From an uncultured Planctomycetota bacterium (lineage in GTDB: Bacteria > Planctomycetota > JBBTDB01): DNA of 64,000 nucleotides. Every line of letters begins with the position of its first letter. The stretch's first letter is position 1. The translations under genes and the position numbers were made by a program. Below the pieces are notes generated by a model. It had not been told where the DNA came from, made no database searches, and saw nothing but the letters and a program-made list of their open reading frames with translations. The stretch lies in NCBI GenBank assembly GCA_964530615.1, contig CAZHAR010000025.1, positions 2,129 through 66,128 of the forward strand, written 5' to 3'. Below are positions 46,636-56,687 of the stretch, piece after piece.

Positions 46636-48378
46636 TTACTTGTTTTCCGAAAACGCCGTCATTTGCTCATCCAGTTGTTGTGGAGTGAGGGAGTAAAGTT
46701 TATTGAGCATTTCTACCGGATCTTCCTTGCTGGTGACGCGGCAGTATTTAAAAAACAGCTCAACTCCAAATTTTTCAACCAGATAATCGGTGATAATAAA
46801 GGATTCAGCATAAAAAATATTAACTTGATCCGTACCCGGATAGTTTCGCATTCGGAGAATTTGTTCTGCGGGAATAAAATTACTGTCTTTTTTAGCGCGG
46901 CGATATGTTTCTTTGAGGTTTTCTCGCTGAAATGTTTGTTCTTCGCGCATCGCAATACCTTCGACCATACATAAGGGAGGTTTATAGTTATAGCCCAAAA
47001 TGTAACGAAACAAAACGTGTGTTATTTCGTGAGGAAGAATAAACCGAATTAAACTAGAGGCGGATTGAAACGCGAGAATACGATGTTCTTTTAATTCGAT
47101 TCCCGTAGTCTTATGTTGGGTAATCCCTCCGGTCCATTCATGAGATTTTCCAACAAATTTTTTGTATTCTTCCTGATTCGGGTAGATATAGATTCCACAT
47201 TTAATCGTAAAGGGAGGAATGGTTCCAGAAGGATCTAAGCGAGCCAAGGTTTTTTCAAGATAATATTCCGCCGATTCTGCGACCTCTTTGGCAACACGAT
47301 TGTTTCGGGCATAAATAATAAAATGAGGCGTTTCTACCGCTAAAAATTGTGCACTATCGACTTGTTCCCAATACTCTCGATTTTGGTATTCCGGAGTTTC
47401 TTTTTCCCCTTGGAGATAAGCAACTGCTTGGTTCCTTAAGTCTTCGAGCGCGACTTGTTCGCTAATGGAAATCCCTAGAACCATTCCATATTGCCGTCTG
47501 GCGTTGGCCGATTCTCCTAAAAGTTCATGGACCCACCCCAAATACAGATGGATTTCTGGGGCCGCTGGGGCAAAATTTTGGGCCGCGAGTAGCCGTGTTT
47601 TTGCAAGTTGGGGCTGATTCGCTTTTAAATCTTGAGCGATACAACGAAATTGATCCTGTAAATAAATTTGCTCAATCTGGTACGAGATCTTTGGATGTAG
47701 TTTGAGCGCTTGTTCTAGATGATAGAGCCGATTTTCAAAATCGGTTTCCGGCAGTTGAACCGCATATTGTGTGTGCGCGAAAGCAATTTCTTCTGCGTAA
47801 AGTTCGATCACACTCGGCGCTTTTTTGAGCATCTCTTCGTAAAAATGAAGAGCCGATTCCCATTGATTCGAGGAAGAGAGTGTTCTGGCTTTTTTTAAAA
47901 TCGACTCAACTTCAGCTTGTGCTTCTTTAATACTTTGTAAAAAAGAAATCGCAAAGTCTTCTTGCGGGAAATTTTCCTGAACTTCCTTGAAAAATTGTTC
48001 CGCGAGCACATAACTTCCGTTGGCTAGAAGCATACGTCCATAATCTTGTGCCGTTTTTCGGAAAAAAGTACGAGCCTCCTCCGATTTTGAATCTTTTTTT
48101 AAAGCTTGCGCGAATCGTTCAATCGCTTTGGGGTAGGACTGATAATGAAGATATTCTTTGCCTTCTCGTAATAAGGCGGTGAGCTCATCTTCTTGGAGAA
48201 TATTCTGAATGTCTTCAATTTTTAACGTAATCTTTCCAAAAGCCACTTCGAGTTCAATAGTGGTTTTGGTTTTTTTCAAGATACGACCTCGAAACTCGTT
48301 TCCGTTTTTCAGAACGATCCAGTCTGCTTGTAAAAGAGCCAGACTTAAAAAAAGAACGATCCAGAATGTAAAACGCAT
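46636..48378 (-). CDS. Secreted TPR protein with a C-terminal peptidase MA-like (HEXXH) domain
   Basis: Signal peptide; DWIVLKNG..FRG.I N-terminal motif; TPRs; PHEITH...VEGIA. Confidence 0.78.
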   Translation of the reverse strand: MRFTFWIVLFLSLALLQADWIVLKNGNEFRGRILKKTKTTIELEVAFGKITLKIEDIQNILQEDELTALLREGKEYLHYQSYPKAIERFAQALKKDSKSEEARTFFRKTAQDYGRMLLANGSYVLAEQFFKEVQENFPQEDFAISFLQSIKEAQAEVESILKKARTLSSSNQWESALHFYEEMLKKAPSVIELYAEEIAFAHTQYAVQLPETDFENRLYHLEQALKLHPKISYQIEQIYLQDQFRCIAQDLKANQPQLAKTRLLAAQNFAPAAPEIHLYLGWVHELLGESANARRQYGMVLGISISEQVALEDLRNQAVAYLQGEKETPEYQNREYWEQVDSAQFLAVETPHFIIYARNNRVAKEVAESAEYYLEKTLARLDPSGTIPPFTIKCGIYIYPNQEEYKKFVGKSHEWTGGITQHKTTGIELKEHRILAFQSASSLIRFILPHEITHVLFRYILGYNYKPPLCMVEGIAMREEQTFQRENLKETYRRAKKDSNFIPAEQILRMRNYPGTDQVNIFYAESFIITDYLVEKFGVELFFKYCRVTSKEDPVEMLNKLYSLTPQQLDEQMTAFSENK

Positions 48379-48921
48379 TTAAGATTTCTCCCGAAATAGC
48401 GATTTTGTCGGTATCCCTAAATACATTCGAGATAAGCGGATATATTTTTCTGCCAGCCAACGATTGTTTTCGATTTCTTCTGGCTTTAATTCTCGGATCA
48501 CTTTTCCAGGAATCCCCCGTACAAGCACACGGGGAGGAATTTCCATTCCTTCGGGAATCAAAGATTGTGCCGCGATAATCGACCCCTCTCCGATTTTTAC
48601 GCCGTTTAGAAGGGTAGAGCCAATTCCAATGAGCGCGCCCTCCTCAATTGTACAGCCATGAAGCGTTACCGAGTGTCCAATGGTGACATAATTTCCAACT
48701 CTTAGGGGATGTTCATCGGCTTGGTGACAAATACAGAGATCCTGAATATTGGTTCCATTGCCAATAATGGCGTCATTGACATCTCCCCGAATAACGGTAT
48801 TGAACCAGACCGAGGAAAAATCGCCAATCGTCACGCGCCCTACAATACGAGCTCCTTCGGCAATAAATACGTCTTTTCCCACTCGTGGATAAATATTGTT
48901 AAATGGAATCAACATAAACAA
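48379..48921 (-). CDS. Gamma carbonic anhydrase family (hexapeptide repeat) protein
   Basis: Motifs IRGDVN, NIQD, TIGHSVTLHGC. Confidence 0.92.
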   Translation of the reverse strand: MFMLIPFNNIYPRVGKDVFIAEGARIVGRVTIGDFSSVWFNTVIRGDVNDAIIGNGTNIQDLCICHQADEHPLRVGNYVTIGHSVTLHGCTIEEGALIGIGSTLLNGVKIGEGSIIAAQSLIPEGMEIPPRVLVRGIPGKVIRELKPEEIENNRWLAEKYIRLSRMYLGIPTKSLFREKS

Positions 48922-48930
48922 GAGGTTCCT

Positions 48931-49536
48931 TTATGAAGGGGATTGCGTTTTTAAAAAATCTGGAGGAGGTAGTATGTTGGGTAATTTACGAAAAAGAAAA
49001 AGCCCTCCAAAGAGAGTTCCATAAATCATGCCAAAACTAAAAAAAAGAAACAAGGATCGGTGAAAAATCCAGAGGGTTCGTATGCTTTTTTTTAAGGCAT
49101 CAAGCCAGGAAAGAGCGGGGCCGATATCGTCATAATAGCCCTGATCATCTTGTTGATCTGCGCCGAAAGAATAAAATCCTTTGGCTCCAACGATCAGAGG
49201 ATGTCCCCAGGCATCTTTACTTTCAATAGAAGGGGCCGATTGAATTTGTAATAGTGTTTTTCGAACTCGTGTTCCACTAGAAATTCGATCGGCTTCGCTG
49301 GACGAAAAAAAGACAAATACACTCCAGAGAAATACCGCAAGAAAAAAAGTTTCTTTTTTTTTGGGACAAGAAAACGAAGCTTTTTGAGGATTTCGAAAGA
49401 GCCATACAAAAAGGAAGAGGATGGGTAGAAAAAAAGGAGGAACATTTTTAAGGACTTGGCCAAAAAAAGCGGGAGATACAAAAAGGATAGAGAGGCTTAT
49501 CGCGATAGCAAAAAAAGTTTTAAGGCCAAACTGCAA
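48931..49536 (-). CDS. Membrane protein with a GspG-like periplasmic motif
   Basis: TTG start with RBS GGAGG; 4 TM helices; KDAWGHPL...YSFGADQ resembles the DPWG...S.GAD pseudopilin motif. Confidence 0.55.
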   Translation of the reverse strand: MQFGLKTFFAIAISLSILFVSPAFFGQVLKNVPPFFLPILFLFVWLFRNPQKASFSCPKKKETFFLAVFLWSVFVFFSSSEADRISSGTRVRKTLLQIQSAPSIESKDAWGHPLIVGAKGFYSFGADQQDDQGYYDDIGPALSWLDALKKSIRTLWIFHRSLFLFFSFGMIYGTLFGGLFLFRKLPNILPPPDFLKTQSPS

Positions 49537-49551
49537 AGATTCCTCCTGCCT

Positions 49552-50112
49552 TTATTTGATAAATTTAAGCCAGGATTCTCTATAGCCTCCGCTTAATAAA
49601 GCCTTGGGAGTCCATTCTGGACGATGAGGTTTTTGATTCAAAGTCATATTGAGATCCTGAAGTAAATGAGCTCCTTTGTGCGTGTTACAAGAAACACAAG
49701 CCGTCACACAATTTTCCCAATTACAGGTTCCGCCACGACTTTTTGGGAAAATATGATCGATGGTTAAGTCTTCTTCATTTTTCACTTTGCCACAATATTG
49801 GCAACGAAAGTTATCTCGTTTATACACATTGAGTCGTGAAAAAGGGATGTATTTTTTTGGAATGCGATCATAACGGATGGCGAGCAGAACTTCTGGAACC
49901 CCAACTTCCAAACGAGGTGTTCGAATGAAAGGCTTCCGAGAAGTCGCAATCCATTGCTCAAAATCAAGCGCTTCGAATGTTTCGGGACAAATGACTTTTG
50001 CCGTTCCTTGAACCAGTAAGCTAAGGGCACATCGAACCGGCATTGTTGAAATTGGATACCAGTTCCGATTCAACACAAGTACTTTCTGGTTAAGCTTGTC
50101 TACCTCTGGCAT
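49552..50112 (-). CDS. HNH endonuclease (McrA-like)
   Basis: Motifs VLVLN, RDNFRCQYCG, TIDHIFPKSRGG...WEN.VTAC..CN..KG. Confidence 0.9.
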   Translation of the reverse strand: MPEVDKLNQKVLVLNRNWYPISTMPVRCALSLLVQGTAKVICPETFEALDFEQWIATSRKPFIRTPRLEVGVPEVLLAIRYDRIPKKYIPFSRLNVYKRDNFRCQYCGKVKNEEDLTIDHIFPKSRGGTCNWENCVTACVSCNTHKGAHLLQDLNMTLNQKPHRPEWTPKALLSGGYRESWLKFIK

Positions 50113-50392
50113 AGTACTTCTGAAAACGTTTGCGTACGTTCCCCTCCCCCAGTTGAATAAATTTATTTCCTCAGTTTAACACGATTTTTAATAAAAACCA
50201 TCCGCGAAAAACAGGTTCAAGTTTTTCAAGAGCACCTTCCAAAATTTTTATTCTTAACGATTGAATAGAGCTCATTTTATCAGAAAAATTTCTCATGGAA
50301 AAACGGGGTGTTTTTTTTTCGATAGGATGAGATGTTTTGTAATAGATCCGCTCAGCATCGCGTAGCGTTAAACAAAAAAGGAGATTTCCCAA

Positions 50393-51478
50393 ATGAAATC
50401 GATTCCATGGCTCTCTCGTATGCGTCTTCATCTGACTCCCGGGGTTGGGTATAAAACCTATTGTCAACTTTTAAAGTTTTACGCGGAAGAGGAGATTTTT
50501 CAAGTCTCTGCAGAAGATCTCCAAAAAATTCCCGGAATCGGTCCGATCAAAGCACTTCGTTTGAAAGATCTTCAGTATTTGGAACAAGCAAAACAAGAAC
50601 TGGATCGAATTGAGCAACATCATATTCAGTTGTTACCTTGGGAAGAACTTCCTTTTTTGTTGGCCCAAATTTGTGATCCCCCCTTATTGCTCTACGTCAA
50701 AGGATCGCTCCCTTCGGATTTTTCTCGGGTGACTATTGTCGGTACAAGACGATGTTCTCCGTATGGGCGAAACGAAACCTTTCGATTGAGTCGACAACTG
50801 GCCGAAGCGGGGATATGGGTCCTAAGCGGTTTGGCGGAAGGTATTGATACTGCGGCGCATCAAGGAGTTCTTGCGAGTGGAACCGGAAGAACCCTAGCTG
50901 TTCTGGGAAGCGGATTCCAACAAATTTACCCTCCTCGAAATAAAAAACTTGCGGAACAGATTGTCGAGCAAGGGGGCGTTCTCTTTAGCGAATTTGCTTT
51001 GACTCAACCTCCTCAAAAAGGGCATTTCCCTCGCCGAAACCGAATTTTGGCAGGGATGGTCAACTTAGTTGTTTTAATGGAGGCTCCAGAGCGAAGTGGT
51101 GCTTTGATTACCGCCGATCTTGCGCTTGAATACGGGCGAGAAGTTTTTGTAGTTCCGGGTCCAATCTCTAGCCCTTCTTGTAAAGGAAGCAACCGGTTTT
51201 TAAAAGAAGGCGCTCAAATTTGTCTGGGAATCGAAGATATTCTTGATTATTTTGGAATGTCTTCTCAAACAAAAGTGCGCCCTGTTTTAAAAATGGAATC
51301 CCTTGATCCCGAAAGCCAAAAAGTTTATCAGGCTCTTCTTTCTGGGCCCCAAGGCATAGAATCTTTGGAAATTAGCTGTCAACTGCCGATTCTGGGGCTC
51401 CTTCGAATTTTAGGGAATCTGGAAATTCAAGGGATTCTTCAACATCGAGGGGGTCGGTATCAACTAACAGAGACTTAA
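50393..51478 (+). CDS. dprA: DNA-processing protein DprA
   Basis: Motifs IVGTRRCSPYG, SGLAEGIDTAAH, FPRRNRILAG, SGALITA..ALEYGREVF. Confidence 0.95.
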   Translation: MKSIPWLSRMRLHLTPGVGYKTYCQLLKFYAEEEIFQVSAEDLQKIPGIGPIKALRLKDLQYLEQAKQELDRIEQHHIQLLPWEELPFLLAQICDPPLLLYVKGSLPSDFSRVTIVGTRRCSPYGRNETFRLSRQLAEAGIWVLSGLAEGIDTAAHQGVLASGTGRTLAVLGSGFQQIYPPRNKKLAEQIVEQGGVLFSEFALTQPPQKGHFPRRNRILAGMVNLVVLMEAPERSGALITADLALEYGREVFVVPGPISSPSCKGSNRFLKEGAQICLGIEDILDYFGMSSQTKVRPVLKMESLDPESQKVYQALLSGPQGIESLEISCQLPILGLLRILGNLEIQGILQHRGGRYQLTET

Positions 51479-52076
51479 ATGCGTTCTTGCTTTTTGGAAG
51501 TATTCCTCTTGCGCGAAGACCCCTCTGAACAAGAATTTCAAACAATTGTTCCAAAGGACGCGGATCGGCGCAAGAAAGCGCTTTCATCAAATGAATAACG
51601 GCTTCTATCGAGCTTAAATGATGGGATTGAGCCTGTTTTCTTAACTGGTACACAGAGGGATCAACTGGATCGATACGAAGGCAAGGTAAACGAGAGAGGG
51701 TATTCAATCGCTGTCGTAATCGCTTCGCTTGTCGCCAGGTTCCATCCAATAAGACGATACAGACCGGACGTGGACTTTTTTTTCGTATTTCCTGAAACTG
51801 AGAAAGGGTAACCGCTTGCTCTGAAGGATAGAGCAAATACGGTTGATAGGATTCTAAACAGCGGCCAAAGGCGTCGAGTTGTTCCCAATTCGCGGTAGTA
51901 AAGCAAGGAGTTTCAGGGATCGTTAACGGTAATAGGCGTCCGGTATTTGAAGAACGGTATTGTTCTTTCCAATGTTGAAGCAGAACAAATGGAACCGTTG
52001 TCGAAATGGAAGAAATAAACTGACAAAAGCAGTTCTCTTGAATTTGATAACAAAACACGCAAGGAGATGATTTCAT
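51372..52076 (-). CDS. DTW-domain tRNA-uridine aminocarboxypropyltransferase (TapT-like)
   Basis: CxxC...C.C N-terminus; LLQH..E..RSSNTG; LLDGTWRQAK; LSSIEA. Confidence 0.88.
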   Translation of the reverse strand: MKSSPCVFCYQIQENCFCQFISSISTTVPFVLLQHWKEQYRSSNTGRLLPLTIPETPCFTTANWEQLDAFGRCLESYQPYLLYPSEQAVTLSQFQEIRKKSPRPVCIVLLDGTWRQAKRLRQRLNTLSRLPCLRIDPVDPSVYQLRKQAQSHHLSSIEAVIHLMKALSCADPRPLEQLFEILVQRGLRARGILPKSKNAFKSLLVDTDPLDVEESLEFPDSLKFEGAPESAVDS

Positions 52077-52121
52077 TTTTAAAAAAATTCGTTAAATTGA
52101 TTCGATAGAAAGGAGGAAATT

Positions 52122-52334
52122 ATGGCTAATAAACGTCAGATTGTCGAATTGATTCAGGTCAAGAAAGAAAAATCGCTTTGGATGTGCCCGGATACCCTTC
52201 TCTATTTTGAAAAACAAAAAGCTCCAACCGGAGACGAAATTATTTTGCATCTCAAAAATGGAAAGAAGTTTCATATTATTGATAGTGAGCCTAATCGGAA
52301 AAAGCTACAGCTTCAATTTAACCTCATTATGTAG
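52122..52334 (+). CDS. Small hypothetical protein (weakly FlbD-like beta pattern)
   Basis: Strong RBS AGGAGG; 70 aa; IILHLKNGKKFHI. Confidence 0.6.
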   Translation: MANKRQIVELIQVKKEKSLWMCPDTLLYFEKQKAPTGDEIILHLKNGKKFHIIDSEPNRKKLQLQFNLIM

Positions 52335-52376
52335 TCCACTTCTTTTGATCCATTAATTTTAGAAGGAACAGATCGA

Positions 52377-53948
52377 ATGCCGGTTGAATTAAAGAGTTTT
52401 TTACAAGGAATGTGGGTTACCGGGCAAGGAGACCCCATTTTTTTATATAATCCGACCACGGAAGAGAAAATTGCCTACACCTCTACGGAGGGTCTCAACT
52501 TTCTCGGAGCCCTTGATTTTGCTCGTAAGCAAGGCGGAAAAGCGCTAAGGAAACTCCATTTCAAAGAACGAGCTACACTTTTGCGAAAAATGGCGGATGC
52601 GATTCATCATAAACGAGAGGAGTTGATTGAGGTCGCCATCCAAAATAGTGGAAATACGCGCAAAGATGGAAAATTTGATATTGATGGGGCGACCTCCGTA
52701 TTCTCGGCTTATGCAGAAATTGGAGAACAACTAGGAGAACGCTATTTTTTGGCAGAAGACGAACTCTATCAATTAGGGCGAAATCCACGGTTTGTCGGGC
52801 AACATATTCTTACTCCTCGGCAGGGGGTCGCGCTTCATATTAACGCGTTCAATTTTCCGGCTTGGGGATTTGCAGAAAAAGCGGCAACGGCGCTTCTTTC
52901 TGGAGTGCCTGTAATCGCAAAACCTGCCACCAGTACCGCTTTGCTTACCTATCGTATTTTTGAGTTGATTGTTGATTTGCTTCCACTGGGTGCGCTTTCG
53001 TTGATTTGTGGCCCCGTAGGAAATCTTCTGGACCACCTCATGGCTCAAGATGTTGTTGCGTTTACGGGTTCTAGCGAAACGGGCGCGAAAATTAGAGGGC
53101 ATCCGAATTTGATCCGAAATAATATTCGGGTGAACATAGAAGCGGACTCTTTGAACGCGACTATCCTTGGCCCCGATGTTGAGTCGGATTCTGAAACGTT
53201 TAAACTTTTTCTCATGGAAGTCGTTCGGGAGATGACGTCTAAAGCCGGCCAAAAATGTACTGCAATTCGCAGGATATTTGTTCCTGAAAGCCGTAGCGAT
53301 GAGGTTCAAGAACAACTGATCGAACGGTTAAAAGAAATCACTCTGGGCGATCCTCAACTCAAAGAAGTTCAAATGGGCCCCTTGGCTACGCTCGATCAAC
53401 TCCAGGCCGCAAAGAATGGATTGAAGCACTTGCAAAAAAATGCGCAGATCATTTATGGAAACCCAGAAACGTTTGAAGTGAAAGGTGTTCCCTCAAAAAA
53501 AGGATATTTTTTCCCGCCCATTTTGTTAAGAGCCAATCCTGCTTCGGCTCCAGAAGTTCATCATTGCGAAGTTTTTGGGCCCGTTTCCACGATACTTCCT
53601 TATCCTGATCAGGATCTTGAATCTCTGGTGGAGTGGGTTCAACTTGGAGGCGGAAGTTTGGTCAGTTCCCTTTTTTCTGATGATAAAAAATTTTTACAAG
53701 AATTGGTGCTTCAGCTCGCTCCTTTTCATGGACGTATTTTAATGGGAACCGAAAAAGTGGTAGAACTCTCTACCGGACATGGAACGGTGATGCCTCAATT
53801 AGTCCATGGAGGGCCGGGTCGAGCCGGTGGAGGAGAAGAATTAGGCGGATTGCGCGGATTACATTTTTATTTTCAACGTACTGCGATACAAGGCTATCGG
53901 CCACACCTAGAGTCTTTTTTTGGAACCAAACCGTCCAATAATCAATAA
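52377..53948 (+). CDS. 3,4-dehydroadipyl-CoA semialdehyde dehydrogenase-like (PaaZ ALDH domain without MaoC)
   Basis: Motifs HINAFNFPAWG, EADSLN, KAGQKCTAIRR, HGGPGRAGGGEELGG; 523 aa with no MaoC tail. Confidence 0.85.
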   Translation: MPVELKSFLQGMWVTGQGDPIFLYNPTTEEKIAYTSTEGLNFLGALDFARKQGGKALRKLHFKERATLLRKMADAIHHKREELIEVAIQNSGNTRKDGKFDIDGATSVFSAYAEIGEQLGERYFLAEDELYQLGRNPRFVGQHILTPRQGVALHINAFNFPAWGFAEKAATALLSGVPVIAKPATSTALLTYRIFELIVDLLPLGALSLICGPVGNLLDHLMAQDVVAFTGSSETGAKIRGHPNLIRNNIRVNIEADSLNATILGPDVESDSETFKLFLMEVVREMTSKAGQKCTAIRRIFVPESRSDEVQEQLIERLKEITLGDPQLKEVQMGPLATLDQLQAAKNGLKHLQKNAQIIYGNPETFEVKGVPSKKGYFFPPILLRANPASAPEVHHCEVFGPVSTILPYPDQDLESLVEWVQLGGGSLVSSLFSDDKKFLQELVLQLAPFHGRILMGTEKVVELSTGHGTVMPQLVHGGPGRAGGGEELGGLRGLHFYFQRTAIQGYRPHLESFFGTKPSNNQ

Positions 53949-53985
53949 TACTTAAAAAAACTAAAAAATAGAAAAAGGAGTTTTT

Positions 53986-54636
53986 ATGCTGTGGATGAGT
54001 TTTTTTCAATGGATACAAGATACCTGGTCACAACTTTTGGCCGGTATTTTTATGGCCGTGGCGATGTGGATGTGGGGACGCTGGCGGGGGATGATGGCCT
54101 GGACTCGCAAAGAATTTATGGATCGACTTGTGTTAAGCTTGAACTTGACGGAGCCGGTGGAAGTAAACGGGGAAAAAAAGCTTACCTTAAAGTTACGAAC
54201 CATTTTTGAAAAAGATATTCACGATATTTTTCTCAATGATCAGGCGATCGGTATTGTTCGAGAGCGAGCGATGCAGACGCAACCGGGACACCCGGTACTT
54301 CTTTTCGAGAAGGAAGATGCTTGGTTTATTTTGAATTATGTGTTGAATGAGATCTCGGAAAAATTTGCGCAAGGCTTGATTAAAAGAGATATGGGACTGC
54401 CAACCACAACGAAAAACTATCTTTTTTGCCTCACGTGCGAACGCGAAGGAGCACTTCGGATCCAAAAAATTCGCATTATGCTCATGGAAAAAGAAAAGTT
54501 TGAGAAGTTTCCGATGGAAGGTGAGTTGGTTCTAGATAGTCCAATCCATACGATCCGAGTCAAAACCCTACGTCATATGAAAGAACTGTATCAAAAAGAA
54601 CCGCATCATTTTATGCGAGTCGAGATCAGTATTTAA
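53986..54636 (+). CDS. Hypothetical protein with an N-terminal membrane anchor
   Basis: 216-aa ORF with RBS AAGGAG. Confidence 0.75.
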   Translation: MLWMSFFQWIQDTWSQLLAGIFMAVAMWMWGRWRGMMAWTRKEFMDRLVLSLNLTEPVEVNGEKKLTLKLRTIFEKDIHDIFLNDQAIGIVRERAMQTQPGHPVLLFEKEDAWFILNYVLNEISEKFAQGLIKRDMGLPTTTKNYLFCLTCEREGALRIQKIRIMLMEKEKFEKFPMEGELVLDSPIHTIRVKTLRHMKELYQKEPHHFMRVEISI

Positions 54637-54642
54637 AAAGGT

Positions 54643-55608
54643 TTAATATTTTTCTTTTTCTTCTTCTTGAAGAGATTGAAGAATTCGCTGATAGGACGCA
54701 TACCGTTCGGGATGTATTTTTCCTGAAGCGAGGGCGTCCTTTACACTGCATTCGGGTTCATTTATATGTAGGCACGATCGAAAGCGACAGGCCCGTTCAA
54801 GCGAAACAAAATCGCGAAACAACAAAGGCAGTTCTTGAGCCGTGATATCCCAGAGTCCAATTTCACGAATTCCCGGAGTGTCTACGACGTATCCTCCAAA
54901 ATCAAGTTTGAGCAAAGACATCGCGGTAGTCGTGTGTCGCCCTGCTTTGGTTTTCGGGTTTACCTCGCGTGTTTTGAGTTGAAGATTGGGCTGAATTGCG
55001 TTTAACAAGGAAGATTTTCCTGTACCCGAAGGTCCACAAAAAACGGACATTTTCTGTCCTAAAAGAGTTTGTAGCGCTTGGATTCCTGAACGATTAAGAG
55101 CGCTTGTCAAGAGAACAGAATAGCCCATTTCCGAATAGATGCGAAGCTTTTCGGAAAAGAGGTCGATAGGCCCAATTAAGTCGCTCTTGTTGAGACAGAT
55201 CACGACCTCTAGATCATTATTTTCAGCACTGCAGAGGTAACGATCAATCGTTCCAAAAGGAATCGAACCTTCTTTTAAAGCGACTACAATAATTAATTGA
55301 TCCAGATTACTAACGACAATTTGTTCCTGATGGTGTCGGCTTACAACAGGGCGCGAGAATTTATTTTTTCGCTTTAAAATTTCTTCAATGACCCCTTGTT
55401 GGTTAGACGAATTTTCAGACATTGAGACGAGAACGTGATCTCCAACCGCTAAGGGATGCGCGAACCCTTGCGTTTTACTCAGATCGGAGATTTTTTTGCG
55501 AAGCGTGCAAGGAACTGGGGTGGAAAAATTAGGAAGATCAACTTGGCAGGAATTTCTAGCAACCTTAATTACAACACCTTCATTTTTTACAACACTTTCG
55601 TTTTGCAC
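54643..55608 (-). CDS. rsgA: Ribosome small subunit-dependent GTPase A
   Basis: Motifs NKSDL, GPSGTGKSSL, GRHTTT, DTPG and CRFRSCLH.NEPEC. Confidence 0.95.
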   Translation of the reverse strand: MQNESVVKNEGVVIKVARNSCQVDLPNFSTPVPCTLRKKISDLSKTQGFAHPLAVGDHVLVSMSENSSNQQGVIEEILKRKNKFSRPVVSRHHQEQIVVSNLDQLIIVVALKEGSIPFGTIDRYLCSAENNDLEVVICLNKSDLIGPIDLFSEKLRIYSEMGYSVLLTSALNRSGIQALQTLLGQKMSVFCGPSGTGKSSLLNAIQPNLQLKTREVNPKTKAGRHTTTAMSLLKLDFGGYVVDTPGIREIGLWDITAQELPLLFRDFVSLERACRFRSCLHINEPECSVKDALASGKIHPERYASYQRILQSLQEEEKEKY

Positions 55609-55624
55609 GCATACTCCTTGAGTG

Positions 55625-56674
55625 TTAAGACAGAGAAATTTCTTTAGAGCAATGAGGACAATGAATCCTATTTTTAGCGGAGGATTGTTTTAAGACTTCC
55701 TGAGCCGCTTTTAACAAGTGATCAACCGATTGTTTAAAGGGATCGACGGCTGTTTTCCCTTCCATTGCTTTCTTTTTCTTTTCTTCTATTGCCTGTAAAT
55801 AGAGCGCAGAAAAATTTGTTGCAATAACACCGGTAGGAAGAGCAATACAGAGAATTCCGCAAATCATTGTAAATCCAGCAATGATGCCCCCAATTTTTGT
55901 TTGTGGAACCACATCTCCGTAACCTACAGTAGTCATCGTGACAATGCACCACCAAAACGTTGAAACAATACTACGATACGAATCTGCTTTACTTGCGGTT
56001 CCAATTGGCATCGGAACTGGTTTATGGCAGAGAGAACACTCTATTTTTTTTGAAGAATCAGGTCCTTCTCTCCAGTCTCCACGACAGTTAGGCGCATCTG
56101 GGCAATAACTGATATGTGCATCATGTTCCGCAAAATACATCACAGAAGAACACATCACCATAATAATCATCATCAAAATAACGAGCGCAATGAGTGCCGC
56201 ACTTGATTCTTTTAAAGCGCGCATCGTTAAGGTAAACGATTCCGAATATTTAGCGATTTTAAACATACGGAAGATGCGAACGAGTCGAATAATACGAACG
56301 ATTCTTAAATCGATATTCGAGGGGATCAACAGTTCTATATAAAAAGGAAGAATAGCGATTACATCGATGAGATTCAAGGGCTGTCGGACGAATTCTAATT
56401 TTCGTCGGACCAAAATAAAGCGACTCAGATATTCCAGACTAAAAATAATCACTACGGTCACATCGATCCAGTGAAAAATTTTTGAATAGTCTTCATGAAG
56501 TTCGTGAACCGATTCCAAAACGAAAGCGACTGAAGAGACCAAGATCGCTAATAAAATAATCCAACTAATGAGTTTAGAAATAAAAAGATCCGAGTTCCCT
56601 TCAATAATATCAAAGAGACGATCACGCATAACAGTTTCCTGATAATGGGGGCTTTTGATAGAAAAAAGTAACAA
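55625..56674 (-). CDS. Voltage-gated-type K+ channel (6TM) with a Cys-containing turret insertion
   Basis: S4 RIVRIIRLVRIFRMFK; pore TMTTVGYGD. Confidence 0.92.
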   Translation of the reverse strand: MLLFSIKSPHYQETVMRDRLFDIIEGNSDLFISKLISWIILLAILVSSVAFVLESVHELHEDYSKIFHWIDVTVVIIFSLEYLSRFILVRRKLEFVRQPLNLIDVIAILPFYIELLIPSNIDLRIVRIIRLVRIFRMFKIAKYSESFTLTMRALKESSAALIALVILMMIIMVMCSSVMYFAEHDAHISYCPDAPNCRGDWREGPDSSKKIECSLCHKPVPMPIGTASKADSYRSIVSTFWWCIVTMTTVGYGDVVPQTKIGGIIAGFTMICGILCIALPTGVIATNFSALYLQAIEEKKKKAMEGKTAVDPFKQSVDHLLKAAQEVLKQSSAKNRIHCPHCSKEISLS

Positions 56675-56687
56675 ATTTTAAAAATAA

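Noticed and set aside
49552-50112. HNH gene as a homing or mobile element
   Set aside because: It is a stand-alone gene in an operon-like context with no interrupted host gene, intron or terminal repeats.
50171-50467. 98-aa minus-strand ORF overlapping the dprA start
   Set aside because: No motif or RBS, and it overlaps a confident gene on the opposite strand.
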